A stretch of DNA of 64,000 nt from Peptococcaceae bacterium UBA5755 (GCA_002419005.1 DIFF01000012.1:244241-308240); one strand, 5' to 3'; shown: positions 9,459 through 20,542, numbered from the stretch's first letter. Notes: generated by a model from the letters alone, not told the origin. Translations and numbers: made by a program.

Positions 9459-12400
9459 AGCAGAACACCTGCTTCCTGCAAATCCTGCTGCATAGCAGCC
9501 AAGGCCTGGGCATCGTTTTGTTTCTTGTTTGTTTTTTTTGCATTAAACCCTCTTTCCGGAGCACACAACCATGCGTAACTGCAATTTTTACAAACACTAT
9601 TATCGCCCTGCTGCCAAGGATCTGGGGCCACCCAGCCTTTTTTAATGGCAGTCATGGTCGCATCAATCTTTAGCCTTACATAATGACTAATAAGATCATA
9701 TTGTTCTAATGTATAACCATGAGATTTCTTATAAAACTCACCTTCTTTGGTGATGCCAACAGGCAAAACAGAAGAATATCCCTGGCAATCTTTATCCGCC
9801 AATTGCACCGCCAACAAATCCAAAAGAGCCAGCCCTTTTAATTTCACTTCGCCAAAATCCGCTGTGGCCATCAAATCGGGAGAGCGGGTGGGTATATTAT
9901 CCTGAACCGTCATATAAAACATGCCAGCAGGCAAGGGTGCCGAACCAAATATCTTTTTGCCGTTTTCTATAGCCACCGCCAAATAAACGGGCAGCTGCAA
10001 ATTAACCCCATCATAAATGCCGGCCGCTGTAAGTTCTTTTTGGCTCAGTTTAAAATCAATAATCCGCAAATAAATCTGGCCGGTCATCTCATCCCTTGCT
10101 GCATCAATTCTATCTATGCTGCCCCTAATTTTTACAAGCCCGTCCTTTATTGGCACAACCCAAGCCGGCCAAGAGCTTTTGCCCCCAAAACTCTTTTCCC
10201 AAGCCACCGGGGAAAAAGAGCCGGCTTTAATTTGTTTGGCAATAGCAAGCAAAGTTGCTGCCAAAATGCAAGCTGTCTGTTTCTTCACATGACGATATTG
10301 GCTAGAAGATTCCAAAAGCTGGCCCAATGGGTCATCCCGCAAGGTCTCAAAGGCTTCATCCACCAGCGCACAAGCAGATTCAAAAGTTAAATCAGCCCAG
10401 TTTTTGCCCTGAATTTGCATGGTTTCTCCCACAATTTTCAAAATACTGTGATTAATCGTCCCCAAATCCGGAGCCACAATCTTGTATTGCTTACGTTCTT
10501 TCAACTTTAAGCCATAATTAACAAAATAACTGCAGGAACACCTATTAAAAGCCTCCAAGCGGGAAACACTGCTTTCTGCCAAAGATCTGCCGTAAACAGC
10601 CTGGGCCGTGCCCTCGCCAATACTAACATCCACTTCCTTAAAAGCCAGGCTGCGGCAAATGTTCTGCAAAATTGCCGGTTTCTCACTCTCGCCCGCATAC
10701 CAATTATAAGCCTGCTGCCAAGGCAAAGTTAACATTTCACCTTTGCTCCAAGCTGCCTGCAGTTTCCCCGCCAAAAGGTTTAAAGTATAATTTCCGCCCA
10801 CCAAATATTCCAACCCGGCATCGGCCGGCGGCTCTTGAGGCACAAAAGTAATGCCCCCTTTGCCGGCAAACTGAACAAAAAGCTCTCTTACTCTTCTGAT
10901 CATTAAAGATTCAAACAAAGCTCTCCCAGACTGATCAGCGAGGGCATAGGAAAGATAAAGCTTCTCAGAGGCTCTGGTTAAAGCAATATAAAGCAAATAT
11001 TGCTCGGCAAATTGCCGTTTGCGTAAACCGGGAGCCAAAACATATCCGGCGAGTTCCAATGCTGTTCTTTCATTTTCGTTAAAAATGCTATCTTCGGCCA
11101 CCTTGCTAGGGAAAACCCCCTCATTGCAACCCAAAACAAAGCAGGCTTTCACGTTTGGGGTGCGGCTGTGCTGCAAATCTGCCACAAAAACCTGGTCCAA
11201 AGAGGGCGGAATATTATAAGCTTTTATGGCTATCAGCCCCACATCCAGCATCTCCTGAAAGAGCGCTAAATCTGCCTTTTCTTCTCCCAAAAAGCTTTCC
11301 ATCTGCAAAAGTATCTCTTCTGTTTTTTGCCAGGCCAAAGCATGCTCTCTTGCCTTTTCCGGCAAAAGTTCTTCCGTTGCCTGTTTTTGCCAATCCTCCA
11401 AACGGGTAAAAATAGCTAAATCCTGCCACAAGCCTCTTATTGCCTGGCAAATATCTTTAATCGTGGCAGCATCTTGCACTTTTTTTTCAAAGGCCAACAG
11501 CTCTTTTGTGGCCTGCCGGCGAATGCTTTCCATTTTAGCAAGCCAGGCTGCCTTTTCCTCTTTGCCCAGCCCGGCTTCATAAGACCGCTGCCACGCATCT
11601 TCTTTATGCCAATGCCAGCTTTTAATGCCCTGACCCAAACAATAATTCTCTAATTGATCAATTTCATCTGCCCCCACAAAAGTCAAGCCGGTCTTGAAAT
11701 ATCTAAAAACCGCCTCATAATCCCATCTACCCAAAACCACCTCAATGGCAGAACGTACAAGCTCCACAAAAGGATGAAAAAGCAAATTTTGCTGGGCATC
11801 CAAAAAGCACGGAATCTCAAATTCCGCCATCACCTGCCGAATCATATCTTCATAATCCGCCAAATTTCGCACAGAAATACTAATGTCTTTTAGCTGATAC
11901 CCCTCGTCCCGCAAAAGCTCAATAATTTTTTTAGCGATCCATTCTACTTCCACCTGTTTGTTGGCGGCTTCCACCAAACAAATACCCTCTGCATTTGCCT
12001 TAAAAACAGGTGCCGAATATTGATAATAATTTGCCTCCAAAAAAGCTAGTTCCGGCCTTTGAAAACGGGTCTTTTGCCCTTTTTGCGGCAGCAACAAAGG
12101 CGGCAAAACATTTATCTTTTCTGTCTTCGCTCTGTTTTTAAGCAGCAAAAAGGTCTGATATGGCTCAAAGAAGATATCTTCCTCCCCCACTTTTTCCTCC
12201 AACAGGGTCGGGTTAAAGCAAAGAGCAACATTAACTTGGCAGCAACATTTTGCCAAAGTACAAATAATATCCATCTGAACCGGAGTAAAACTCACAAAGC
12301 CATCCAGCCAAATTTCTGCTTCATTTAGCCAATCTGCCTTCTTCAGGCTTTCGGCAAGCTTAGCAAGCTCAAACTCCACATCAGCATATTTCCCCTCCAT

Positions 12401-12904
12401 GGCCTGCTGCATATCCCGATAAACCAAAACTAAATCGGCCACCTTTTGCCCCAAGATAGCGTCCGCACTCAAAAGCAGTCTTTGGGCTGTTTTTGCCAAA
12501 TCTTCCGGGAAGATTTTGTATTTTTGCAGCTCTTTAATGGTATTCAAAAGCAATTTAATAAAACCCGGGTTTTTAGCGGTCCGGGCAAAAACCAAAAGTT
12601 CTTCTTCCCTGCGGTTTACGATCTGGGCAATCAGCATACTTTTACCTGTATCATCCAGCCAGGGGAGGGCACTGCTGTTTATCCGCCAAAGCAACCGCTG
12701 AAAACTCAAGACCTGCCCCCGAATGCTGCCTTTCAAACCAGCAGCGGTTGCCAATTCTTTTTCATTAATAAAGGTGGTTTGTTCCGGCACCAAAAAAATC
12801 AAGGGTGGACCTTGTGGCTTTTGCCGTAACTCTTCTGTAATGGCATTCAAACAAGTCTTAGTTTTTCCGGAACCGGCCGGACCAACAATAAAGCGTAAAG
12901 CCAC
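9455..12904 (-). CDS. addB: ATP-dependent helicase/deoxyribonuclease subunit B (AddB) with a C-terminal Fe-S nuclease domain
   Basis: A 1149 aa protein with N-terminal GPAGSGKT. The C-terminal cysteines (…CKNCSYAWLC…) are typical of the AddB iron-staple nuclease. Confidence 0.9.
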   Translation of the reverse strand: MALRFIVGPAGSGKTKTCLNAITEELRQKPQGPPLIFLVPEQTTFINEKELATAAGLKGSIRGQVLSFQRLLWRINSSALPWLDDTGKSMLIAQIVNRREEELLVFARTAKNPGFIKLLLNTIKELQKYKIFPEDLAKTAQRLLLSADAILGQKVADLVLVYRDMQQAMEGKYADVEFELAKLAESLKKADWLNEAEIWLDGFVSFTPVQMDIICTLAKCCCQVNVALCFNPTLLEEKVGEEDIFFEPYQTFLLLKNRAKTEKINVLPPLLLPQKGQKTRFQRPELAFLEANYYQYSAPVFKANAEGICLVEAANKQVEVEWIAKKIIELLRDEGYQLKDISISVRNLADYEDMIRQVMAEFEIPCFLDAQQNLLFHPFVELVRSAIEVVLGRWDYEAVFRYFKTGLTFVGADEIDQLENYCLGQGIKSWHWHKEDAWQRSYEAGLGKEEKAAWLAKMESIRRQATKELLAFEKKVQDAATIKDICQAIRGLWQDLAIFTRLEDWQKQATEELLPEKAREHALAWQKTEEILLQMESFLGEEKADLALFQEMLDVGLIAIKAYNIPPSLDQVFVADLQHSRTPNVKACFVLGCNEGVFPSKVAEDSIFNENERTALELAGYVLAPGLRKRQFAEQYLLYIALTRASEKLYLSYALADQSGRALFESLMIRRVRELFVQFAGKGGITFVPQEPPADAGLEYLVGGNYTLNLLAGKLQAAWSKGEMLTLPWQQAYNWYAGESEKPAILQNICRSLAFKEVDVSIGEGTAQAVYGRSLAESSVSRLEAFNRCSCSYFVNYGLKLKERKQYKIVAPDLGTINHSILKIVGETMQIQGKNWADLTFESACALVDEAFETLRDDPLGQLLESSSQYRHVKKQTACILAATLLAIAKQIKAGSFSPVAWEKSFGGKSSWPAWVVPIKDGLVKIRGSIDRIDAARDEMTGQIYLRIIDFKLSQKELTAAGIYDGVNLQLPVYLAVAIENGKKIFGSAPLPAGMFYMTVQDNIPTRSPDLMATADFGEVKLKGLALLDLLAVQLADKDCQGYSSVLPVGITKEGEFYKKSHGYTLEQYDLISHYVRLKIDATMTAIKKGWVAPDPWQQGDNSVCKNCSYAWLCAPERGFNAKKTNKKQNDAQALAAMQQDLQEAGVLL

Positions 12905-12974
12905 AAAAATACCCCCTTTCTGTTAGCAAAATATTCGCCGTTTAGGCTTGCTCCTCCTGCCCAAACTAACTTTA

Positions 12975-13006
12975 GCAAAAAATAGGCGTGCTTTTTTAGC
13001 ACGCCT
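12975..13006 (-). terminator. Rho-independent terminator after the hflX-PHP operon
   Basis: The sequence is AGGCGTGC-ttttttA-GCACGCCT. On the minus strand the stem is followed by ATTTTTTGC. Confidence 0.55.
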
Positions 13007-13034
13007 AAACGCCATATTTTAAAGTAAAACTAAA

Positions 13035-13829
13035 TTAAAGCGGTTTTTTCTCCTCTTTACCCTGCTTAAAAAAGCTCACATATTTAAAACCGGCCTCCCG
13101 CAAATATGCGTAAGCCTCAGCCAATTTATAGCCCACTGTTTGAACCCTGTGGGCATCAGACCCACAGGTTATCACATCGCCACCCAATTCCTTATAACGT
13201 TTAACAACCTCCAGCGAAGGATGGGGCTGAGATAAACCGTATTTCCAGCCGGAGGTATTTATCTCTATGCCCCTGTTTTGGCTAATAATTACTTTTAAAA
13301 TGGCATCTATCTCATCACCGAATTCGGCCATGGTAATGTTACGGTCTTCAAAACTGGCATCTCTGGTAATCACATCCAAATGCCCCAAAATATGAAAATA
13401 ATCATTGGTTTTAACCAGCTCATAAAGCCGTTGCAAATAAGCCCGGTAGGTCTCTTCCCTCGTTTTACCCCTACTGTATTCTTGCCTGTACAAATCAAAC
13501 CCGTCAATATCATGAATAGAGCCAATAATCAGATCCGCCTGGCTGCCTGCCAAAGCTATCTTATTCCTTTCCGCCAGGTGTAGCTGCAGCCCCACCTCCA
13601 CCCCGCGGCAAATTTCTAGCTGACCCCGCCATTTTTTTTGCAGTTCCTTAACCTGCCTAATGCTCTCTTGATAATCCGGCAAATTGTCTTCGCCGTTGGC
13701 CTGGTCCAAATCCAAATGTTCGGTAAAACAAACACCCTGTAAATTGTTTTCAAAAGCCTGCTCGCAAGCTTCTTCCATACTCATAATAGAATCAAAAGAC
13801 AAGCTGCTGTGCATGTGGCTATCATACAT
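13035..13829 (-). CDS. PHP-domain phosphoesterase, histidinol-phosphatase (HisJ/HisK) family. The likely start is MYDSHMHS.
   Basis: It has an N-terminal H-x-H (DSHMHS) metal site and PHP motifs ([23 protein letters not shown]). With the internal start, the overlap with hflX is 8 nt. Confidence 0.6.
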   Translation of the reverse strand: MYDSHMHSSLSFDSIMSMEEACEQAFENNLQGVCFTEHLDLDQANGEDNLPDYQESIRQVKELQKKWRGQLEICRGVEVGLQLHLAERNKIALAGSQADLIIGSIHDIDGFDLYRQEYSRGKTREETYRAYLQRLYELVKTNDYFHILGHLDVITRDASFEDRNITMAEFGDEIDAILKVIISQNRGIEINTSGWKYGLSQPHPSLEVVKRYKELGGDVITCGSDAHRVQTVGYKLAEAYAYLREAGFKYVSFFKQGKEEKKPL

Positions 13830-15636
13830 TTTTACGTTCCTCTTCTCTTTTCTCAATATAATTACCTTCTTCCAGTAAATTCAGCAAATCCCTGCCAACC
13901 AAAGCCAGCACTCTTACCCCTTCCGGCAAAAAATTTTCCGAAATCACTTTGCCCTGGCCATGTAAAACAGACAACAAACTCCCTGCCTCATAGGGCAAAA
14001 GCAAACTCACTTCCTGTGTTTTTTGAGGCAGCATTTGGCCAATTTTTTCCAAAAGCTCCTCCAGCCCCATTTGCTTTTTGGCCGAAATAGCCAGCGAATT
14101 TTCAAACTTTAAAAGTAACCGCTGCAAAGCCTTGTCATTCTCCAAAAGATCCGCTTTATTTATTACAGCTATGGTTGGCTTTTTGGCAGCACCCAGCTCC
14201 AGCAAAATTTGGCTTACTGCTTGCCACTGCTCCTCCATTTCTTCGTTGGAGCCATCTATTACATGCAGCAGCAAATCTGCCTCTACCACCTCTTCCAAAG
14301 TGGCCCTAAAAGCCGCAATAAGTTGATGCGGCAGTTTACGAATAAACCCGACCGTATCAGTAAGCAAAATTATCCGCCCATCGGCAAGATGCACCTTGCG
14401 CATTGTGTTATCTAAAGTAGCAAAAAGCTTATCTTCCGCCAACACTCCGGCATCCGTTAAAGCATTCAAAATGGTAGATTTTCCAGCATTAGTGTACCCA
14501 ACCAGGGCCACAACCGGTAGCTGCTGATCCTCCCTTTGCTGGCGGTGCAGGGTCCGCGTACATCTAACCTTATCTAACTTATCCTCCAGTTCTCCAATGC
14601 GCCGACGAATATGACGCCTGTCCACCTCCAGCTTGGTTTCGCCGGGGCCGCGGGTACCAATCCCCCCACCCAAGCGAGAAAGCACCTCTCCCTGGCCAAT
14701 CAAGTTAGAAAGCGTATAACGCAGTTGAGCCAATTCCACCTGCAATTTGCCATCATTGCTTTTGGCCCGCTGGGCAAAAATATCCAAAATCAGCATTGTC
14801 CGGTCAATAATCGCCCTGCCGGTAAGCTGGGTCAAGTTTCGCATCTGCACGGCAGAAAGTTCTTCGTCAAAAATCAAACAATCAACTTTTTGCACCTGGC
14901 TCAAAAGGCTCAGTTCTCTTGCTTTGCCCTTACCAATATAAAAAGCAGAGTCAGGCGTGGCCCTTTTTTGCAAAATTTTACCGGCCACATAAGCACCCGC
15001 CGTATCAGCCAATTGCTCAAGCTCTACAAGGCTTTTCCAGGCAACTTCTTCTTTTTGGCGGCCCAAAAGACCAACCAAAAGTGCCCGGGTAGGTTTTTTT
15101 TCTTCTCTGGGCCGGCTTTCTGCCGCCAGCTCTTTTTCTAGCTCAGCTAAAACTCTGGGGAAATCTATATCCGCCAAGGCAGCCACATTTGGGTAAAGCA
15201 AAGTTTGGGGCACATCTTCACCCAAAACACCCCAGGCTAGCCCCACATCGGTGCTTTTGCCTTCAGCATCTACCCCAATGGCTACCATGCAATCCAACCG
15301 CAAAATGGATAATGCCGTCAAATCCACACTGCTTAGCTGGCCGCTGCCTCTTGGGTGGGTGTGCAAGCAACGCACGCCAGAGAGCCTGTTTTTGCCTTGC
15401 CTTTTGGCCAAATTAAAAAGGGGCACTGTGGTGTCATCCCCCACATTAATACCCAAAACTACACCGCGTCTATCCACATAGGCAGCAATCTCTTTGCCAA
15501 GGTGGGCCGAAATTTGGGCCATGGCCAAAGCAAAAAACTCGTCAACAACAAGATGACGAGGAAGAATATATTTGCTTAAATCATTTAGCTTTTGTAACCA
15601 AACCTGAGAAACTCCTTTTGTGTTGCCGCTTATCAT
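13822..15636 (-). CDS. hflX: GTPase HflX, long form (604 aa). Canonical HflX N-domain and G-domain, preceded by a ~185 aa N-terminal JAMM/RadC-like domain.
   Basis: The HflX core is RALLVGL...[16 protein letters not shown]...[23 protein letters not shown]. Residues 92-105 are [14 protein letters not shown], which matches the H-x-H-x7-S-x2-D JAMM motif. RBS AAAGGAAG precedes the ATG at 15636. Confidence 0.85.
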   Translation of the reverse strand: MISGNTKGVSQVWLQKLNDLSKYILPRHLVVDEFFALAMAQISAHLGKEIAAYVDRRGVVLGINVGDDTTVPLFNLAKRQGKNRLSGVRCLHTHPRGSGQLSSVDLTALSILRLDCMVAIGVDAEGKSTDVGLAWGVLGEDVPQTLLYPNVAALADIDFPRVLAELEKELAAESRPREEKKPTRALLVGLLGRQKEEVAWKSLVELEQLADTAGAYVAGKILQKRATPDSAFYIGKGKARELSLLSQVQKVDCLIFDEELSAVQMRNLTQLTGRAIIDRTMLILDIFAQRAKSNDGKLQVELAQLRYTLSNLIGQGEVLSRLGGGIGTRGPGETKLEVDRRHIRRRIGELEDKLDKVRCTRTLHRQQREDQQLPVVALVGYTNAGKSTILNALTDAGVLAEDKLFATLDNTMRKVHLADGRIILLTDTVGFIRKLPHQLIAAFRATLEEVVEADLLLHVIDGSNEEMEEQWQAVSQILLELGAAKKPTIAVINKADLLENDKALQRLLLKFENSLAISAKKQMGLEELLEKIGQMLPQKTQEVSLLLPYEAGSLLSVLHGQGKVISENFLPEGVRVLALVGRDLLNLLEEGNYIEKREEERKNV

Positions 15637-15720
15637 AAATACTTCCTTTTTATTAATTTATTTTATTATAATATAATTATAACATATTTATTTGTAAAAT
15701 CTTTCAATAAAAACAAAAAT

Positions 15721-15760
15721 AAAGGGCACCTCTTGAGTAACTCAAGAGGTGCCCTTTATT
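15721..15760 (-). terminator. Strong rho-independent terminator after ppdK
   Basis: The sequence is GGGCACCTCTTGAG-taac-CTCAAGAGGTGCCC, a 14 bp perfect stem. A T-rich tract follows on the minus strand. Confidence 0.65.
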
Positions 15761-15768
15761 TCATAAAC

Positions 15769-18396
15769 TTATTTACCGTTTCTAATGGCAGCCTGAGCAG
15801 CAGCCAAACGGGCAATAGGAACCCTATAAGGCGAGCAGCTTACATAATTCAACCCTTGCTTATAGCAAAATTCAATAGAAGAAGGGTCACCGCCATGTTC
15901 GCCGCAAATGCCCAGCTTAATATTGGGGCGAACAGACTTACCTTTGGTAACGGCTATTTCAATTAAAGCACCCACACCTTTGGTATCAAGCTTAGTAAAT
16001 GGGTCAAACTCATAAATTTTGTTTTGATAATAAGATTCCAAAAACTTGCCCGAGTCGTCGCGAGAAAAACCAAAACACATTTGGGTAAGGTCATTAGTAC
16101 CGAAAGAAAAGAATTCCGCTTCGGCCGCAATCTCATCGGCAGTCAGGCAGGCCCGGGGGATTTCCATCATGGTGCCCACCAAATATTCAAGCTCCATACC
16201 GGATTCAGCAATAATGGCATCTGCCGTAGTTTTGATAATATTTTTAACAAACTTAAACTCTTTAATTTCACCCACCAAAGGCACCATAATTTCCGGCACA
16301 ATGTTATAACCTTTGGTTTTCTTCACATACAAAGCAGCCTCAATAATAGCCCTTGTTTGCATTTCAGCAATCTCCGGATATGTAACATCAAGACGGCAGC
16401 CCCGGTGACCCATCATAGGGTTAAATTCATGCATATCGATGATCTTTTTCCAAATGACATCAACATCAACCTTCATGTCGGCGGAAATCTCTTTAATTGT
16501 TTCTTCATCCTGGGGGATAAACTCATGCAGCGGCGGATCTAAAAGCCGAATGGTCACAGGCCTTTCCTGCATAACCTCATAAATACCAATAAAATCAGCC
16601 CGCTGAAATTCCAAAAGCTCGTTTAAAGCAACCCTGCGGTGCTCTTCTGTATCAGCCAAAATCATCTTCCGCATTTTGGCTACCCTTCCTTCTTTAAAGA
16701 ACATATGCTCACTGCGGGTCAATCCAGTGCCTTCTGCCCCAAAGCTAATGGCTTTTGCTGCGTCCTCGGGGGTATCTGCATTGGTTCTGATCTTCATCGT
16801 ACGATACTCATCAGCCCATTGCATATAACGAGCCAAATCGCCGAAAACAGTAGGCTCAATGGTGGGTACATCGCCCAAATATATCTTGCCGGTAGAACCA
16901 TCCAAAGAAATATAATCTCCTTCTTTTATCGTTTCTCCGCCAAGCTTAAAGTATTTTTCATTTTCCCAAATCTTCAAATCCGTGCAGCCGGAAACACAGC
17001 AGGTACCCATGCCGCGGGCTACCACAGCAGCGTGTGAGGTCATGCCGCCACGCACAGTAAGAATACCGGCAGCAATAGCCATACCTTCAATATCTTCCGG
17101 TGAGGTTTCAAGCCGCACCAAAACAATGCGTTCCACACCCTTTTGTTTGGCTGCTTTGGCATCCTCGGCAGAAAAATAAACCCGGCCAGCAGCAGCCCCA
17201 GGGCTTGCAGCCAAACCAATCCCAATTTGCTTGGTCTTTTTCAAAGCTGCAGCATCAAAAACGGGATGAAGCAATTGGTCTAACTGTTTGGGGTCAACCC
17301 GCAAAACGGCTTCTTTGGTATCAATCATGCCTTCGTCTACCAAGTCAATAGCAATACGCAAAGCAGATGCAGCCGTTCTTTTGCCGTTTCTGGTCTGAAG
17401 GAAAAAGATTTTTCTATTTTCAATAGTAAATTCCATATCCTGCATATCTTTATAGTGTTCTTCCAAATTATGGCAAATCTCCACAAATTGCTCATAAACC
17501 TCGGGCATATCTTTTTCCAAAGTGCTAATGGGGAACGGTGTACGAATCCCGGCTACCACATCTTCGCCCTGCGCATTGATAAGATATTCGCCAAATATTT
17601 TTTTTTCACCGTTAGCCGGGTTTCTGGTAAAGGCCACACCGGTACCAGAGGTGTCCCCCATGTTGCCGAATACCATCATCTGCACATTAACCGCAGTCCC
17701 CCAATCGCTGGGAATATCGTTCATGCGGCGGTAAACAATAGCTCTGGGATTATTCCAAGAACGAAAAACAGCTTTAACGGCTTCCAAAAGCTGCTCTTTG
17801 GGGTCCTGAGGAAAGTTAGCATTTTTTTCTTTTTTATAAAGCTCCTTATAGCTCACAATAACTTCCTGCCAATCCTCACTAGCAAGCTCGGTATCATATG
17901 TAAAACTTTTTTTTTCTTTAATATCGTCCAAAATCCTCTCAAAGCTGGATTTGGAAATACTCATCACCACATCAGAAAACATTTGAATAAAACGACGGTA
18001 AGAATCATATGCAAAGCGGGGATTATTGGTTCTAGCCGCCAAAGCCTTAACAGAAACATCATTAAGCCCCAGGTTCAAAATGGTATCCATCATGCCCGGC
18101 ATGGAAGCACGGGAACCGGAACGTACTGATACCAACAGGGGGTTTTCATTATCACCAAATTTTTTTTCACTTAAAGCCTCAAGCTTAACCAAGGCCTCAT
18201 CAATCTGAGTCAAAATTTCCTGGTCAATTTTTTCGCCCTTAGCATAATAATCATTACAAGCTTCTGAGGTTATAGTAAAACCCTGAGGAATAGACATCCC
18301 CAAATTGGTCATTTCAGCCAAGTTAGCACCTTTGCCACCCAGCAAATCACGCATACCGGCATTGCCTTCTTTAAACATATAAACAAATTTCGCCAT
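15769..18396 (-). CDS. ppdK: Pyruvate, phosphate dikinase
   Basis: An 875 aa protein. The PEP-utilising and PPDK domains carry GGKGANLAEM, GGMTSHAAVVARGMG and the C-terminal TIM barrel motif FFSFGTNDLTQ. Confidence 0.9.
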   Translation of the reverse strand: MAKFVYMFKEGNAGMRDLLGGKGANLAEMTNLGMSIPQGFTITSEACNDYYAKGEKIDQEILTQIDEALVKLEALSEKKFGDNENPLLVSVRSGSRASMPGMMDTILNLGLNDVSVKALAARTNNPRFAYDSYRRFIQMFSDVVMSISKSSFERILDDIKEKKSFTYDTELASEDWQEVIVSYKELYKKEKNANFPQDPKEQLLEAVKAVFRSWNNPRAIVYRRMNDIPSDWGTAVNVQMMVFGNMGDTSGTGVAFTRNPANGEKKIFGEYLINAQGEDVVAGIRTPFPISTLEKDMPEVYEQFVEICHNLEEHYKDMQDMEFTIENRKIFFLQTRNGKRTAASALRIAIDLVDEGMIDTKEAVLRVDPKQLDQLLHPVFDAAALKKTKQIGIGLAASPGAAAGRVYFSAEDAKAAKQKGVERIVLVRLETSPEDIEGMAIAAGILTVRGGMTSHAAVVARGMGTCCVSGCTDLKIWENEKYFKLGGETIKEGDYISLDGSTGKIYLGDVPTIEPTVFGDLARYMQWADEYRTMKIRTNADTPEDAAKAISFGAEGTGLTRSEHMFFKEGRVAKMRKMILADTEEHRRVALNELLEFQRADFIGIYEVMQERPVTIRLLDPPLHEFIPQDEETIKEISADMKVDVDVIWKKIIDMHEFNPMMGHRGCRLDVTYPEIAEMQTRAIIEAALYVKKTKGYNIVPEIMVPLVGEIKEFKFVKNIIKTTADAIIAESGMELEYLVGTMMEIPRACLTADEIAAEAEFFSFGTNDLTQMCFGFSRDDSGKFLESYYQNKIYEFDPFTKLDTKGVGALIEIAVTKGKSVRPNIKLGICGEHGGDPSSIEFCYKQGLNYVSCSPYRVPIARLAAAQAAIRNGK

Positions 18397-18466
18397 TTTC
18401 CTTAACCCCTTAGTTAGTTATATTTTATTATAAAAATTGTAATCAGATTACGATTAAGTGGTTTTA

Positions 18467-20542
18467 CTAAGTCACCAACTGAGAAAGATCGCCAATATTT
18501 TTAGCTGCTTTCACAATTTTTCCCAAAAGGGCCAAACGATTATTTCTGATATTTTCATCCTCGGTCATAACCATAACCTTATCAAAAAACTGGTCTATAG
18601 GTCCCCGCAAACCACCCAAGGCTTCCAAAAGAACTAAATAATCCTGTTTTTTTAAGTCCTCGGCAATTTTGTTTTCTGCCTCAACAATTGCCTTAAACAA
18701 GGTTTTTTCTGTTTCTTCAACAAAAAGCTTTTCTTTAACCTGGCCAAAATCTTTGCCTTTCACCAGGTTAGCTGCCCGGTTAAAACCAGCCAACATCTCT
18801 TGACAAGCAACCGTAGTTCTAAAACTTGCCAAAGCATGTGCTTTCAAACGGCTTTGGTTCAAACTTTCCAACGGTACCGCCAAAATGGCATTCACAATAT
18901 CATAACTAATACCTTCTTCGTTAAGAATATTGCCTAAACGCTGGCCAAAAAACTGCTCCAATGTCTCCTGAACTTCTCCTTTGCTTTTGGGCAATTGGTT
19001 TTTTACATGCAGGTCAAAAGCAATATCAATTAAATCCGGCAAAGAAATATTCAGACCGTATTTTATTATCATATTGGCAATGCCGGCCGCCTGCCGCCGC
19101 AAAGCATAGGGATCCTGTGAGCCAGTAGGCTGCATACCCAGGCCAAAAAACCCAACCAAACTATCCATCTTATCCGCAATAGATAAAACCAAGCCAGCCT
19201 TGCTGGTGGGTAGTTCATCCGCCGCAAAACGGGGCAAATAATGCTCCTCAATTGCCTGAGCCACAGCTTCTCTTTCTCCGTCGTGCCGGGCATAATATTT
19301 ACCCATGATTCCCTGCAACTCTGTAAATTCATAAACCACACTGCTCACCAAATCACATTTCATAAGCTCAGCTGCCCGGGCTGTGTCTGTTGCCTCCTCC
19401 AAAGAAAAGTCAAGCTCGGTTGCAAGCCAACCCGCCAGAACAGAGACCCTAACCACTTTTTGAGCAACTGTACCCAGCTTCTCATGAAAAACAATTTTAG
19501 CTAACTTGGGTAAATTATCTTCCAGCGGGTGTTTACAGTCTTCCTGCCAAAAGAAAGCGGCATCTGCCAAGCGGGAACGCAAAACTTTCTCATTCCCCTC
19601 CTGCACAATATTAATGTCCTTAGCAGTACCATTTCTAACAGCAATAAAATTATTCAAAAGCGTATTATCATCCCTAAAAACAGGGAAATAACGCTGATGT
19701 TCCCGCATAGGTGTTATTATAAGCTCTGTAGGCATGGAAAGGTAATCTTCATTAAAAAAACCTGCAAAAGCAGTGGGGTATTCTAAAAGATAGGTAACTT
19801 CATTTAAAAGCTCATCATCTTCTTTTGTTTTACCACCGCAAGTTTTTGCCACTTCTTTTATCTGTTCGGCAATCATCTGGCGTCTTTCTTTTTGGTCAAC
19901 AATCACATATTCCTTGCGCAAAGCCTCTTTATAATGAGCCGGGCTTTTAATTTCCACTTTGTCACTGCCCAAAAAGCGGTGCCCACGGCTATACCGGTTG
20001 GCTGTAATACCTGCTACTTCCAAAGGTAAAACTTGGTTGCCATAAAGAGCAACCAACCAATGAATAGGCCGGGCAAAACGCATATCCAAATCCCCCCACC
20101 GCATAGTCTTAGGGAAATTAAGTTTGTTGATAATGTCTAAAAACAACTGCGGCAAAATAGCCAATGCTGCTTCCCCTTTGGCATTTTTGGCAGCATAAAC
20201 ATAAGGTACGCTGTTCAACTCTTTAATAAAAAGATCAGCTGGCTCAATGCCTTGACTGCGGCAAAAACCTTCCAAAGCTTTGGTGGGAGACCCTTCGGCA
20301 TCATAAGCACTTTTTACTGCCGGGCCCTTAAATTCCATTTTAAGGTCTTCGGCCATTTCTGCCACCTCACCTACCAGCAAAGTCAAGCGCCGGGGGGTAC
20401 CAAAAACAGCAATTTTACCAAAATTCAAACGGGCAGTCTCCAGCAATTCTTTAGCGGTCGCAGCAAGCAAACGCAAAGCAGGCTCCATAAAGCGAGCCGG
20501 TATTTCCTCTGTGCCAATTTCCAAAAGTAAATCCTTAGCCAT
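18467..20542 (-). CDS. glyS: Glycine--tRNA ligase beta subunit
   Basis: A 691 aa protein ([18 protein letters not shown]...). It has a 1 nt start/stop overlap with glyQ. Confidence 0.9.
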   Translation of the reverse strand: MAKDLLLEIGTEEIPARFMEPALRLLAATAKELLETARLNFGKIAVFGTPRRLTLLVGEVAEMAEDLKMEFKGPAVKSAYDAEGSPTKALEGFCRSQGIEPADLFIKELNSVPYVYAAKNAKGEAALAILPQLFLDIINKLNFPKTMRWGDLDMRFARPIHWLVALYGNQVLPLEVAGITANRYSRGHRFLGSDKVEIKSPAHYKEALRKEYVIVDQKERRQMIAEQIKEVAKTCGGKTKEDDELLNEVTYLLEYPTAFAGFFNEDYLSMPTELIITPMREHQRYFPVFRDDNTLLNNFIAVRNGTAKDINIVQEGNEKVLRSRLADAAFFWQEDCKHPLEDNLPKLAKIVFHEKLGTVAQKVVRVSVLAGWLATELDFSLEEATDTARAAELMKCDLVSSVVYEFTELQGIMGKYYARHDGEREAVAQAIEEHYLPRFAADELPTSKAGLVLSIADKMDSLVGFFGLGMQPTGSQDPYALRRQAAGIANMIIKYGLNISLPDLIDIAFDLHVKNQLPKSKGEVQETLEQFFGQRLGNILNEEGISYDIVNAILAVPLESLNQSRLKAHALASFRTTVACQEMLAGFNRAANLVKGKDFGQVKEKLFVEETEKTLFKAIVEAENKIAEDLKKQDYLVLLEALGGLRGPIDQFFDKVMVMTEDENIRNNRLALLGKIVKAAKNIGDLSQLVT

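Noticed and set aside
13822-13856. 35 nt overlap between the PHP phosphatase ORF and hflX
   Set aside because: It is resolved by choosing the internal start MYDSHMHS (13829), which matches the PHP-family N-terminal H-x-H. The residual overlap is 8 nt.
17455-18129. 224 aa plus-strand ORF
   Set aside because: It is antisense to the ppdK coding sequence. It has no ribosome-binding site and no domain resemblance.
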